NCBI GenBank assembly: GCA_012295275.1
Contig: CM022676.1
Coordinates: forward strand, 10,292,001-10,356,000
Reading direction: 5' to 3'
DNA from: Chrysomallon squamiferum
Lineage: Eukaryota; Animalia; Mollusca
Length of the DNA stretch: 64,000 bases
Shown piece after piece: positions 28,012 to 42,221 of this stretch (position 1 is the stretch's first letter; each line of letters opens with the position of its first letter). The position numbers were made by a program, and so were the translations under genes. The notes under the pieces are model-generated. The model saw nothing but the letters and a program-made list of their open reading frames with translations, was not told the origin of the DNA and did no database searches.

Positions 28012-28413
28012 CACATATATACATACACACACAATCATATACATATATATACATGTATATATATATATATATATCTATATATATCTATATATATATCTAT
28101 ATATCTATATATATATATATGTACACACACAGACAAACATATTTAGATTTAGAAAAACATACAAAACAATAAATAAATATTACACACACACACACACCAA
28201 CAAATACGAAAATACTTAAAGCAAAAAAAAAAAAAAAATCCATCTCTACCTCTCAAACACAGACACCCCCACCATCCTCCCTCAGACACTCGCTCCCCCC
28301 CTCCACCCACACACCTTCGACCCTGCCCAGCACACACACACACACACACACACGCACACACCTGAGCAATAAATAACGTACTCATGCACCAAAGTTCAGC
28401 ACCAGCAAATATC

Positions 28414-28429
28414 CCTCCAGATGGCGCTG
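28414..28429 (+). promoter_or_regulatory. CTCF-type motif CCTCCAGATGGCGCTG
   Basis: 15/16 identical to the 17404-17419 motif, opposite orientation; at the edge of a CpG-rich 28400-28760 patch. Confidence 0.5.
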
Positions 28430-28923
28430 TTATGATTCAAACCGCAAACACTTTCACTCCCAGGCGCTTGTGTTTCCAAAAATAACTCGATGCCGAATTT
28501 ATAACTCGTGAGCTGTGCGCACGCTCAGCCTTTTGCCGGTACGCATCTGAAATTCTTCTGACGCATCGGTCGCCATGGTTACGCGTGTAGGAAATACCTG
28601 CGGCGTGAAAACAAAAGCAAAATGTACGTGCATCTTTATTTTGTCTGTGATGATCGTGCGGAGGAATTGGACGTTAATAGCGTGAGTCATTTCCCCTAGA
28701 ATGTCGGCTACATGACTTGGCAGATAAAAAAAAAAAAAAATGCCTCGCCAATGACAGAGGTGTTTTTTTTTTTTTTTTTTTTGGCAGTAATGCTAGAACT
28801 TAGTTTTTAAAAATAGTTTGTCCGTACGTACATGACTGATGTCATGTATTATGTTCAGATATTTATAGATGTGCAGAAATGGGAAATATTTGTCATTTGT
28901 ATACAAGCATATAATATATACAT

Positions 28924-28982
<59 letters not shown>

Positions 28983-29917
28983 ATACACATGTTTTTGCTT
29001 GTTTTAGTTTTTTTCAACTTGACTTGGAAGGAAGAATAAATAAAAACGTGTAGATAGGTTTCGGACCCATCATAGTGAATATAGATTCCTTTTGTACTGT
29101 CTTTGGTTGATGAAAATATGGTAAACCTAGATATTATTACATCAAACAGACACATACATACACATGTGTACAAACACACACACACATACATACACATACA
29201 CACACACATACATATATATATATATACACACACACACACACCCGTATATATATATGCAACTGAGTTTACGGTTTATTAAACTTTAAACTATTTCATTGTA
29301 AGTAAACCTATTTTCATTTAACAGTGCGTTGTACCATTAATATTACAACTTATCACTAAACAGACACGGAGTAAGTGTTGGAACGGGAAAGACTGCAAAC
29401 TGAAGGAGCAAACAGAATCGATCCTGCTTCTCTGTACTCCTCAGACCATCACCATAACAACTTAATTACAGCCCGCCTCCGTGTAAACCAGTCAAGTGGA
29501 ACGCGCATGTTTCCTGACAGAACTAAGAACTGTGTACTCGGATTTTGGGTTAATTTTTATATTTGTTCCATGTGTGAACTTTCCGTCAGACATTAGCTTG
29601 CTAATGAGGTTATTATGAAACGAGATGTTGGCTGGTATTTGGTTAGAACTCGTATACACGAGTTATGGAAAATAATGTTTATGATTTACAAAGGTGTTGA
29701 GTGGGAAAGAGGTACAAACGCGCTTGTGTGATATTATTCAGTGAGTGGCTTCGAGGTTTTTAGAGTTGAGTAGGGTTTTTCTCGGTTTTTCGTAATTATT
29801 TACTGGCTGAAGTTTTTTTTTTTTGTTCTCGTTGGTATTTTTCTTGTTTTAATTCTTATTTATTTATTTTATTTTATTTATTTATTTAATATTATTATTA
29901 TTATTATTATTATTATT

Positions 29918-29952
<35 letters not shown>

Positions 29953-30495
29953 TTATTATTATATATTATTATTATTATTATTTTATTATTATTTTATTAT
30001 CATCATCACCTTTATTATTATTCTTCTTTTTTCTTCTTCTTCTTGTTATAATGATGTTTTTAAAAAAATTCTTGTTCTTCTTTTTAGTTCAGTATACAAT
30101 TTTGAAAATGTTTAATAAATAAAAATAATAACAGTGTTGATAATGACAACAAAAACAATAACATCAGTAATAGTAACAACAACAACAACAACGTTAATTA
30201 CCTCTCACTGCATATTTAAGACCTGTCCCTCGCTCACAGTGTTAATTAAAGTGTTTGTTTTTTTTTTTTGTGTTTTTTGTTTTGTTTCTCGCGTCTGCAT
30301 TTCAGCGATTCCTAAAACTTTATTTTGAATTCCTGTTCCAATAATAGAGCCAGCTGAAGAAAGGTACCAAGATAAAGAATTGAAAAAGAAAGAAGATAAG
30401 AAATAAATAAAAAATGAAAAAAAAAAAGAAGAAAATATTAAGATAACATCGACAAAAATATACATTTTTAGAGACAGAGAGAGAGAGAGAGACAT

Positions 30496-30602
<107 letters not shown>

Positions 30603-30647
30603 TATAAAAGATTCGTTTCTATTCGTCCCTTTCCGTTGAAGATCGCT

Positions 30648-30688
<41 letters not shown>

Positions 30689-30917
30689 GATTAATGACTG
30701 ATCGTTATCATACAAAAAACTATCAGTTAAACGTTATGTTATGTTTTATATTATTACATTATATTATATTATTATTCATATCATATTTAAGGGGTGTGGA
30801 TTAAGAATTTTAATAGAACACGAAAATGGAAATACTTGAAGAATGAAAAAAAAAATGAATTTATGAAAGAAAGAAGGAATGAAAATAGATATAAAATACT
30901 GGAGGATGAAGGAAGGA

Positions 30918-30953
<36 letters not shown>

Positions 30954-31180
30954 AAACTAATAAAAAAAAAAAAAAAATTAGAATTAAAATTAAAAATTAA
31001 ACACCTTTTTGGCGCCAATACATCTGCGAGACCTTATGTGCCTTTGATTGAATAAGGTCACCAATATGCTTGAAATGTTACGTAACCACAAAAAAAAAAA
31101 AAAAAAAAACATACGTTAAGTGTATTGCGTAATCTCAGTGAATCATCAACTCGTCGTAATCCGCACACAGCTGTTTGCAT

Positions 31181-31470
31181 CAGTTCTGTTCAGTTCTGTT
31201 CAGTCTGTTCAGTTCTGTTCAGTCTGTTCAGTTCTGTTCAGTTCTGTTCAGTCTGTTCAGTTCTGTTCAGTTCTGTTCAGTTCTGTTCAGTCTGTTCAGT
31301 TCTGTTCAGTTCTGTTCAGTTCTGTTCAGTCTGTTCAGTCTGTTCAGTTCTGTTCAGTCTGTTCAGTCTGTTCAGTTCTGTTCAGTCTGTTCGGTCTGTT
31401 CAGTCTGTTCAGTCTGTTCAGTTCTGTTCAGTCTGTTCAGTCTGTTCGGTCTGTTCAGTCTGTTCAGTTC
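31181..31470. repeat. 9/10-bp satellite (CTGTTCAGT/CTGTTCAGTT)n
   Basis: About 290 bp of tandem units with occasional CGG variants. Confidence 0.95.
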
Positions 31471-31587
31471 AAATTAAGCAAACAGAAAACCTGTTCGCTT
31501 ACGAGTTTTTAAACAGACGGCGAAACTAACAGTCGTGAAGGAGAAACCGTTAAGTAATTCGCTTTAGTATCAGCATGTTCAGAAACC

Positions 31588-31727
<140 letters not shown>

Positions 31728-31754
31728 CTCTGTCTGTCTGTCTGTCTGTCTGTC

Positions 31755-31875
<121 letters not shown>

Positions 31876-32403
31876 GCATAACATAAACTAATGCATACAT
31901 ACAAGACAATAACAGACAGAAATTAAGACCACACCTATACAAATATATATATATATATAGATAGATAGATATAGATATAGATATATAGACAGACTGATAG
32001 ATCGATTCCCTCAATTATTTAATATATTACAACACAAAACAACGCAAGCAGATAACAAAACAAACAAAAGATAAAAAAAAAAAAACGACCCAATATCTGC
32101 AACACTTCTTCTGACTTCTCCAAACCTCCCAGTTCGATTTGTCTATTGTTTCTTACTTTTTTTTTTTGTGTTTGTTTCCCTCACGCAGTCCAGGAATGCG
32201 ATGTACATAAACATGACATTTGAACAACAGAGATCCTGCTTTCCAAATGTTACCTTCCTAGTTCCACGCCCAGATGTTCAACGCCAAGGTGATCCGAGCC
32301 TCCCGATAAATACCGTGTGTTACGTGCGGTCTGTTTTGTTAACGGATCCTTTAGCTTCCTGGTTCGTCAAATAACACTGAGCGATTAGAAACACAAGTCT
32401 GGA

Positions 32404-33370
<967 letters not shown>

Positions 33371-33751
33371 TTTGATGATGGTTTTATGACGTTTTTTCTT
33401 TTTTTTTTTCTTTTCTTGTTCTTGTTTTTTGTTCTTGTTCTTCGTCTTGTTGTTGTTGTTGATGTTCTTCTTCTTCGTCTTCTTCTGTCTCTGTATGGTG
33501 GTCTTCTGTGTCTTCTAGTTATTTTTATGAACTTGCATTAGTGTCATTCTGATTTGTCTAATTAATTTTATATACTTTCTTTGTCTGCGTGTTTGCTTGT
33601 CTTAGTATGTAGCCGTTCGTCCATCCATCATCAGTCCTAACTACCTATCAACATACACACAGATATATATGTGTGTGTATGTTTATGTGTGTGTGTGTGT
33701 GTATGTACGTATGAACTTAGAAAGAGATATATATGTGTGTGTGTGTGTATA

Positions 33752-33869
<118 letters not shown>

Positions 33870-34049
33870 TATAAAACTAACGAACAAGTAGATGTATGTT
33901 AGATATCACTGGCGAATTTGCTAACGCAGTACGAAAACGACCCAGCCTTTTAAGGTATTTTGCTTTAATATTCTAGATTTGATGTCTGTAACCAGATATA
34001 TACATGTGTATGTATTTTTGTTGTGTGTGTGCGTCTGTGTGACACAGAC

Positions 34050-34146
<97 letters not shown>

Positions 34147-34268
34147 AGAAGAGAAAGAGAGAGAAAAAGAGAGAGAAGGAGAGAGATACATATAGAGAGA
34201 GCGAGAGAGACAGAGAGAGAAAGAGAGAGAGAGAGAAAGAGAAAAGAGAGAGAGAAAGAGAGAGAGCG

Positions 34269-34299
<31 letters not shown>

Positions 34300-35039
34300 G
34301 AGAAGAAGAAGAGAGAGAAAAAGAGAGAGAGAAGGAGAGAGAGAGAGAGAGAAGAAGAGAGAGAGGTACGTACGTACGTACGTGCTAACTTTCAGATCTA
34401 TGTTTATATACTGTGTATGCTTATGTACTTCTATCCATCCATACATATATGCGTATAGTGTAGCCCATAAAAGCGTTAATTCATCATTATAATCACACAT
34501 AATAGATAAACATTTCTCTTTACTTTTATGTATTCTCTTCATCAACATACCTGCGCCTCCACATCTTTGTTCTATTATCTTCCAAAGAAATGCCTCTTTG
34601 AATGATAAGCTATGCAATACTGCGTATTAGTGATCGGGGGGAGGGTATACGGTAATGGCTGTACTTACCGAAAGCCTGTGTTGTTTGTTATTAGACAGAC
34701 AATAGATCAGATAGGAAAATTCCGAAATTCCACGTCACTAACAGTTACTTGGTGACGTAGATAAGTGATTCTAGAAATGTGTAAACAGGTCGCTAATTAG
34801 AAACAAGAGTAAGTAACAGCGGCAATTAGCAAGTAAGAGATGGGGCGGATGGCAGTGTGAGGTTGCTGTTGCTGTTGTTGTTGTTGTTGTATACTTGACA
34901 TGTTTATGACGTTGTTTAGCTTGTTGTTGGTGTTGTTGTTGTTTTGTAACGACAGCATCGTTAACAGATGTAGTAACAGCTGAAGTAGAAATGTGATGAC
35001 AACACCAACAATTTCTTCATCTACGTCTTCTAATACTGT

Positions 35040-35510
35040 TACTACTACTACTACTACTGCTGCTACTACCACTGCTATGTACTACTACTATTACTGCTGT
35101 AGTACTACTACTTTACCACTACCAGTACCACTACTACTACTACTACACCTACTACTACCACTACCACTACTACTACTACTACATATACTACTGTTACTAC
35201 TATTACTACTACAAAACCACGATCGCATCTGCTATTGCTTTTATAACAACAACAACAACAAATACTACTACTACCACAACTATCACTTCTATCACTACTA
35301 CTACTACTACTTTTACTATTATTACTGCCATTACTACCACCACTACTACTACCACTACTACTACTACTATTACTACCATTACTACTACTATTATTACTGC
35401 CATTACTGCCATTACTACCATTACTACTACTATTATTACTGCCATTACTGCCATTACTACCACCACTACTACTAATACTGCTATTAGTACTACTACTACT
35501 ACCACAAACA
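35040..35510. repeat. (ACT/ACC/ATT)n compound trinucleotide tract
   Basis: Directly visible. Confidence 0.9.
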
Positions 35511-35813
35511 CTATTACTGTTTCCATTACATAAACATTTTCTGCTGCTGCTCTGACAGATATATGAGCTAAATCAAAAAGAATTCGATTATTTATTTATT
35601 TAAAAAATAAATTTTTTTTTTTTTTTTAAAAAGGTGAAAATAAAAAGAAAAAAGAAAAGAAAGAAAGAAAAGAAAACGAAAACGAAAAAATGTAATACAA
35701 CAATAAGAATAAGAAGAATAAAAAGGAAAACATCGTTTACGAAATGCAGTGAATGACTGCCATTAACATATAAATCTGAAACCTTATCATAAAGCTTATT
35801 TCTTTACTTATTT

Positions 35814-35909
<96 letters not shown>

Positions 35910-36409
35910 CCTCCCTTAAAAATCTATTATTATAAGCCTATTTACAGTAAATGAAACCGGAGATGAGAAAAAAGAAATACCTAGAATATAACAGAAAGTG
36001 CAAGTAAAGGGAGGTAAGTCGGGTTTTGTACGTGAACAATAAAACAGGTCACCAGTTTAGTTAATAACAAGAAAGATAATAATCACCACAGCACGGCGGG
36101 TTTTGTATTCTAGTCACGTGATTGAAAGCGAACCAGACTAGAGGAAAATAAAAGAGAATAAGCAAGTACATGTAATCCATAAAGAGAGTGATTGTACATG
36201 CCATAGCTGTAGATACTTAAAGAATGAAAGGAAACGAAAAGAAAAAAGAAAGAAGGAAAACAGATATCATAATGTTAACGCCGAACAAAACAGCAACTAC
36301 AACAACAACAACAATAACAATAACAACCATAAATAAATAAATCTATGAATAAATAAATATAATAAAAAGCAAAATCCATATTAAACTAAAAATCCTAAAT
36401 TTAAATTTG

Positions 36410-36454
<45 letters not shown>

Positions 36455-36561
36455 AAACATAAAATGAAAATAAATAAATAAATAAATATTTTTATTTTAT
36501 TTATTTATTTATTTGTCTGTTATCATTATTATTTATTTATTTGTCTGTTATTATTATTTTA

Positions 36562-36597
<36 letters not shown>

Positions 36598-36848
36598 TAT
36601 TTATTTATTATTATTTATTTATTTATTTATTTATTTATTATTTATTATTTATTATATTTTTATTATTATTATTATTGTTGTTGTTTTTTTTAGTCAAGAA
36701 GTTATTTCACACTATTTATTTAGAATGTTTACGGTAACGAGTCACACCATTAGCCGGTTGCTAAGCACTCTTTAACGTAAACACGCGAATACATGCTAAT
36801 TCAATATCTCTCATGAAACGTGTTACGTTTGCTTTTCAACAGAACTAC

Positions 36849-36998
36849 TGACGTCAGAGAAAAGCAAACAACTGGTTTCAAACGAACGAATACGTATAAT
36901 ACACTACTATTTAATATACACCACCAGGGAATATAGAAATGATGTTACGTTATAACGTTATAAAAATATATTAGACTTTCGCCGTAAGGGGCGCAGTT
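36849..36998 (+). promoter_or_regulatory. Candidate Ly6-like gene promoter (CRE, TATA box, initiator-like)
   Basis: TGACGTCA at 36849-36856, TATAAAA at 36959-36965, GCAGTT about 30 nt downstream (36993-36998), ATG at 37046. Confidence 0.55.
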
Positions 36999-37045
36999 TT
37001 TATGAAAGCAAAATTACAATTTTAAAATGTGAAAGGTTATTCGTA

Positions 37046-37148
37046 ATGGCGAACACGTCTGCGTTTAAGAGACGTTGTAGTAGCTGTTGTTGTTCCAGTT
37101 TTTTGTTCGTTACGATTATCAGTTTGTTGGAGTGTTTGGCTGTGAAAG
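37046..37148 (+). CDS. Ly6-like gene exon 1 (signal peptide)
   Basis: MANTSAFKRRCSSCCCSSFLFVTIISLLECLAVK, ending AAAG|GTAAGT (strong phase-1 donor that matches exon 2). Confidence 0.8.
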
Positions 37149-37329
37149 GTAAGTGATAACAGCGATTATACAAGGGAGGCTGTTGTTTATATTTATTTTT
37201 TTTAAATTTATTTTTCTGTCTTTCCGTCTGCTCTTTTTTTTCTTCTGTTTTTTTTTCTATGTACGAATATGTATATGTATGTGTGTGAGTCTATGTTTAT
37301 ATGTGTATTTCTATATATATGAACATATA

Positions 37330-37374
<45 letters not shown>

Positions 37375-37797
37375 GTGTGTGTGTATGTGTGCGTATACGT
37401 GTGCATGTGTATTTGTTTATCTTTATACACATTGCTTTTGTCTATCTGAAATCTAATTTTTCCTTCTTTCTTTCTTTCTTTCTTCTTCTTCTTCTTCTTC
37501 TTCTTCTTATTATTATTATAATTATTATAATTATAATTATTATTATTATTAAAAAGATAAACTATAATTAACGTTTCGTATTTAATACGTTATCCCCCTG
37601 ATCGAGTATTACAATTCGGTCACCTTCATTCTTTCAGCAGCAGACGACATCCGGTGTTACACGTGCAGTGGGGAGTGGACGGTGAAAAGATGTCTGGACA
37701 AAAACGTTCAGCAAACTTGTGGGTTTGGAGAAATTTGCTACACGACGGTAACTAGAGGCGGATTTCAGTCTGTAAAATATGACAAGGTAGATAAATC

Positions 37798-37845
<48 letters not shown>

Positions 37846-38055
37846 ATATAATTAGTCAGACATATGGGTAATTAGAAGAAAAGAGCTAGATAAAGATTAT
37901 GGTAAACATATAAACATGGTAACCATCCCACTCCCACACAAATATATGCATATAAATACACAAACTGAGATAGACAAATAAACAGATCAATAGATAGATA
38001 GACAGATGGATGGATGGATGGATGGATGGATGGATGGATGGATGGATAGATAGAC

Positions 38056-38093
<38 letters not shown>

Positions 38094-38199
38094 GTAGCTA
38101 AGTTGTCTGTTATTAAATAGAGAAAAGAACACAGCGACTGGTGTATAAACAGACAGAAAAACACTCAGATACAAACAAATAGATAATTTAGTCATCACC

Positions 38200-38294
<95 letters not shown>

Positions 38295-38525
38295 ATTATT
38301 ATTATTATTATTAATATTATTAATCTTATTCAGGGATGTCTGGAGAGAAATCATTGTTTTGATTTACAAAGTCTTAACGGCAGAAAAGACTGCAAAAGAG
38401 ATCCTTCCATCTGTGTGTACTGCTGTACTGATGATCTATGTAACACAGGTTCTAATCTAGGAATGACCTCTAAATGGACAGTTACCATGACAACGGTCAT
38501 TATTTTCCTGTTTCTGGGGTCCTAG
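37046..38525 (+). CDS. GPI-anchored Ly6/uPAR (three-finger, LU domain) protein, 147 aa; join(37046-37148,37638-37786,38334-38525)
   Basis: Three exons (103+149+192=444 nt) with GT-AG introns of phase 1 and 0. Signal-peptide exon, then IRCYTC..C..C..C / GC..C..C..CVYCCTDDLCN, then a small-residue omega region (NTGS) and hydrophobic tail TVTMTTVIIFLFLGS*. L/I-x-CY-x-C and CCxxDxCN are LU-domain signatures. Confidence 0.9.
37638..37786 (+). CDS. Ly6-like gene exon 2
   Basis: TTCTTTCAG| acceptor, AAG|GTAGAT donor; (A)ADDIRCYTCSGEWTVKRCLDKNVQQTCGFGEICYTTVTRGGFQSVKYDK. Confidence 0.92.
38334..38525 (+). CDS. Ly6-like gene exon 3 (CCxxDLCN + GPI signal)
   Basis: TTATTCAG| acceptor; GCLERNHCFDLQSLNGRKDCKRDPSICVYCCTDDLCNTGSNLGMTSKWTVTMTTVIIFLFLGS*. 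Confidence 0.92.
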   Translation, partial: GCLERNHCFDLQSLNGRKDCKRDPSICVYCCTDDLCNTGSNLGMTSKWTVTMTTVIIFLFLGS

Positions 38526-38696
38526 TGTTTGCTCTGGCGAATGGAAAGAATCGGACTCATTATTATTGATGAACGGATATTACATTCGATCTTCGTTACA
38601 TTTCGGTAATGTTCGGTTGTCTTCGTGACTTTTCGACGGAATCCGCATATGGACGACATTACATATTGCCATATATATATATATATATATACGTGG

Positions 38697-38791
38697 AAAA
38701 AATAATTAATATGACTAATAATGATATGAAAAAATAATTAATATGACTAGTAATGATATGAAAAAATAATTAATATGACTAATAATGATAT
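38697..38791. repeat. About 32-bp tandem repeat x3 (GAAAAAATAATTAATATGACTAATAATGATAT)
   Basis: Three near-identical adjacent copies downstream of the Ly6-like stop codon. Confidence 0.9.
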
Positions 38792-38848
38792 TATTTTTCT
38801 GTGATATAAATAAGTGAAAGAAACTGTTCTGTGTGTGTTTGTGTTAGA

Positions 38849-38938
<90 letters not shown>

Positions 38939-39911
38939 ATTCATATAAAGATAAATTTCAATAATTTTCATTTTCCGATAAGACTAATGGACACTTATCT
39001 ATTCACATATAACGCGCGCACACACACACACTTGTTAATATAACAATAATACTTTTAATGAAATAATTTTGATCAGATATTCTCGAACTTTTCAATTTTA
39101 TCTGAGAATAAAAACAATTAATAATAAAAAAATAATGCAGACTGAATCTGTTTCCTTCTATTTGTTGTAATTTTCCATTATTTTTGATGAAATTCTAATA
39201 TTTTATTTATTTATTTTATTCTTAACAATATTTTTCTAAATACATATAATTCCTAAATGAATGGATTACCTCATATTTTATTACATATTTGAAATTTAGT
39301 CAACAAAAAAAAAAAAAATAAAATAAAAAAATAAAATAAAAAATAAAAAAATAAAAAAACAGAAGCCTCCTTCGAGTTATTTTTTAATTTAATTTTGTTC
39401 GTTATATTCTGGATCTTGAACATTGTCAGTGCGTGACAGCGATGGTGGAAATTAGAACCAATACAAAACAGTAATGGTAATCAATCGCTGCATTACGTTT
39501 AGATTCAGATTTTTCCTGATGTCTGTACTCTTTATTAAACAAACTCAGGATTATGGTACAAAAATAGAGACACGTATCTTTAATTAGATCAAATTTTGTC
39601 AGTACGAAATTAAGAATCATTGAAACAGTGAATGAAAAACAGTAGCGGAAAAACGTTTTCTCAAAGAGGAAATCTGAAAACCTATATGGCAGTATATACA
39701 GCACCCGCACTGGAGATCATACACTTATTATGTTCAAGACAATAAGATTTTAATTTCTTGATAGTTACATTCATAATTAACTTAATTTAAGGTGTATTTT
39801 ATTTCTTTATATTATTATTGTTATTATTATTATTTAATTTTTTTATAATATTATTATTATCATTATAAGAATAATAATAATTATTATTATCATTATTATT
39901 ATTATTATTAA

Positions 39912-39961
<50 letters not shown>

Positions 39962-40252
39962 TATGATATGAAACATTTAAAGGAAAATAATTTAAAAGGT
40001 TTTTAAAATGAAAACGTTACATATTTTCGTTTGTAATGATTACATAAGTTTATAATTCCACTGTAATTAATTTATCAAAATGAAACAAATACTGAAAGAT
40101 TTTCTACTGAATAATGATACAAACATTTCACATTTCAAATGTACATATCAGAAAATTTAATATGTAATTAACCAACCGTAATAAAAATTATAAACCTGTT
40201 GTCTTGTAACTGAACATTATCGATAAACGTACCTTTATGAATTTATTTAAAA

Positions 40253-40287
<35 letters not shown>

Positions 40288-40490
40288 AGTTTTTTACCGA
40301 GATAATTTTGAGATATTTAACAAGATAATATGTAAGAAATGTTTATGTAAATAAATCTGCCATTTCATTTAGTTTTAAAATCGTTTAACATCTGAGCATG
40401 TATTTTGCCAGCGGCCAATCCTTTGTACATTTTTAAAACATTAAAAACTAAACAGCAGTCTTCTTCTGATCCCAGTGTTGCAAACATATC

Positions 40491-40541
<51 letters not shown>

Positions 40542-40734
40542 GTGTTTATCCCTGTATAAAGATCAAATGTTCAGACATGACTTTGTGAATTTGCCGTATT
40601 ACTTCATGCATTGTTGACAGGATTAAACGTAAAATGATGCTCGTAATAACAAAAAAACAAACACTTATGGACTCCTAAGCATTTACTGTTGTTGTTTGTA
40701 TAGCTTTACATATATATATTATATTATATTACAA

Positions 40735-40936
40735 TAGTTATCTCGTTGTTTTGTGGATTACAGCAAAATATTTGGCTGTGTAAACAGATTCAAGCTACTG
40801 TTTAGATCAGAACACTGTGGTATCACTGGGAAATTGTATAATATTACAAAGTGTATGAAAGTTTTAAAACCATGAGTAAAATTTCAGTCTCAGTTTGTGA
40901 CTGTATTGCTGGTTTGATGCAAACTGAAGCACTGTC

Positions 40937-40969
<33 letters not shown>

Positions 40970-41110
40970 CTATTTATATAAACGATTTTTAAAATATCAG
41001 TTAAAGGGCTTTTACTAAATATTTATTTATTTATTTTGATGTATGCTGATGATACCGTAACTCTGTCTGAAATAGCTGCGAGTCTTCAAAAAACGATTGG
41101 TATATTTTGG
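40735..41110 (+). mobile_element. Decayed non-LTR retrotransposon (LINE) reverse-transcriptase fragment
   Basis: Collinear RT motifs across frameshifts: CFVDYSKIFGCVNRFKLLF..CGITGKLYNI (D..KAFD motif), GLMQTEALSPF..FSIYIND (QG..LSP motif), LFILMYADDTVTLSE...LQK (YADD at 41042-41053). Confidence 0.85.
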
Positions 41111-42088
41111 TATATCTTTGTCTAAAGTCTTAAATAAATATATGGCAAAGAGACAAATATTTTCTCGTCATTCGAACCTTCCATCTTGTACATTTCATAT
41201 TTCGCCGATTAAACCAACGCTCTGTGACAAATATCTCTGAAACAGTTGCTAAAACTAAAATATAAAAAAAATAAAATAAAAATAAAATAAAATAAAATCA
41301 ACCTACCTTAACTTGATAAAATGTATCTACAAACACCTTTAGCTAAGTTTAAATACAGTATTCTCCCCTTCCTTATTTTTTTTTTATATTGTTATGACGT
41401 CACAATTGTACACCATTCATGATATTTACGATCATAGCAACGCCATTTTTGTTTTCCCCAATGGAGAAATTACGAGTTTTCAAGCCTAAACTATTTAGTT
41501 AAAAAAGGAGCTATACAGAATGTTTGTGGTGGGTAAGCGTAAATGAAGTATAACTTTAAATTTATTATTTATTTATTTATTTATTTATTTATAACGGTAT
41601 ATAAGAGAAACAACTTTAGTTAGTAATTTGCGGATGTTCTCCCTTAATAATCTACTGGAAAAAAAAAAAAAAAAAAAAAAAAAAATGGTTATTTGTTTTG
41701 CAACATAAACTATGAGTATCTCATATAGCTTCAATGTACTATATATATATTATATGCCAAAATGTAGAGTTTTAAAGCGATACTGTATATATTTATTATT
41801 ATTTTTTAGCAAGTTGCTAATACTCATGAATTTTAATTAATTAATTAATCGAACTACTTAGCTGAAATGTACCGTACGCCAATGTTTGTTAACACCGGTC
41901 CGAGCCTACATAAAGCGGCGTTGATGTCACGTGACCTGAACTGACCCGAACTGACCCGTCATTTTCGATCCTCTGACTTAAAATGTATGTCTAATGTAGT
42001 GTAAGACCATTACTACACAGATTTGGGAAATTTAGCAGTGAATACAGCTACTGTACTGTAGCTAGCACTATTACTTTTATTCTTTCAG

Positions 42089-42221
42089 CAGCAGACGACA
42101 TCCGGTGTTACTCGTGCAGTGGAGGGAATGGAAGGTAAAAAGATGTTTGGTGAAAAACTTTGGACAAATTTGCCATACGATGGTAACCCTAGGCGGAATT
42201 CAGTCTATAAAATATGACAAG
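42089..42221 (+). pseudogene. Disabled duplicate of Ly6-like exon 2
   Basis: Highly similar to 37638-37786 including the flanking acceptor (TTCTTTCAG) and donor (GTAGATAAATCTAGA); +2 nt insertion gives TAA at 42136-42138, plus an 18-nt deletion; no copies of exons 1 or 3 seen nearby. Confidence 0.9.
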
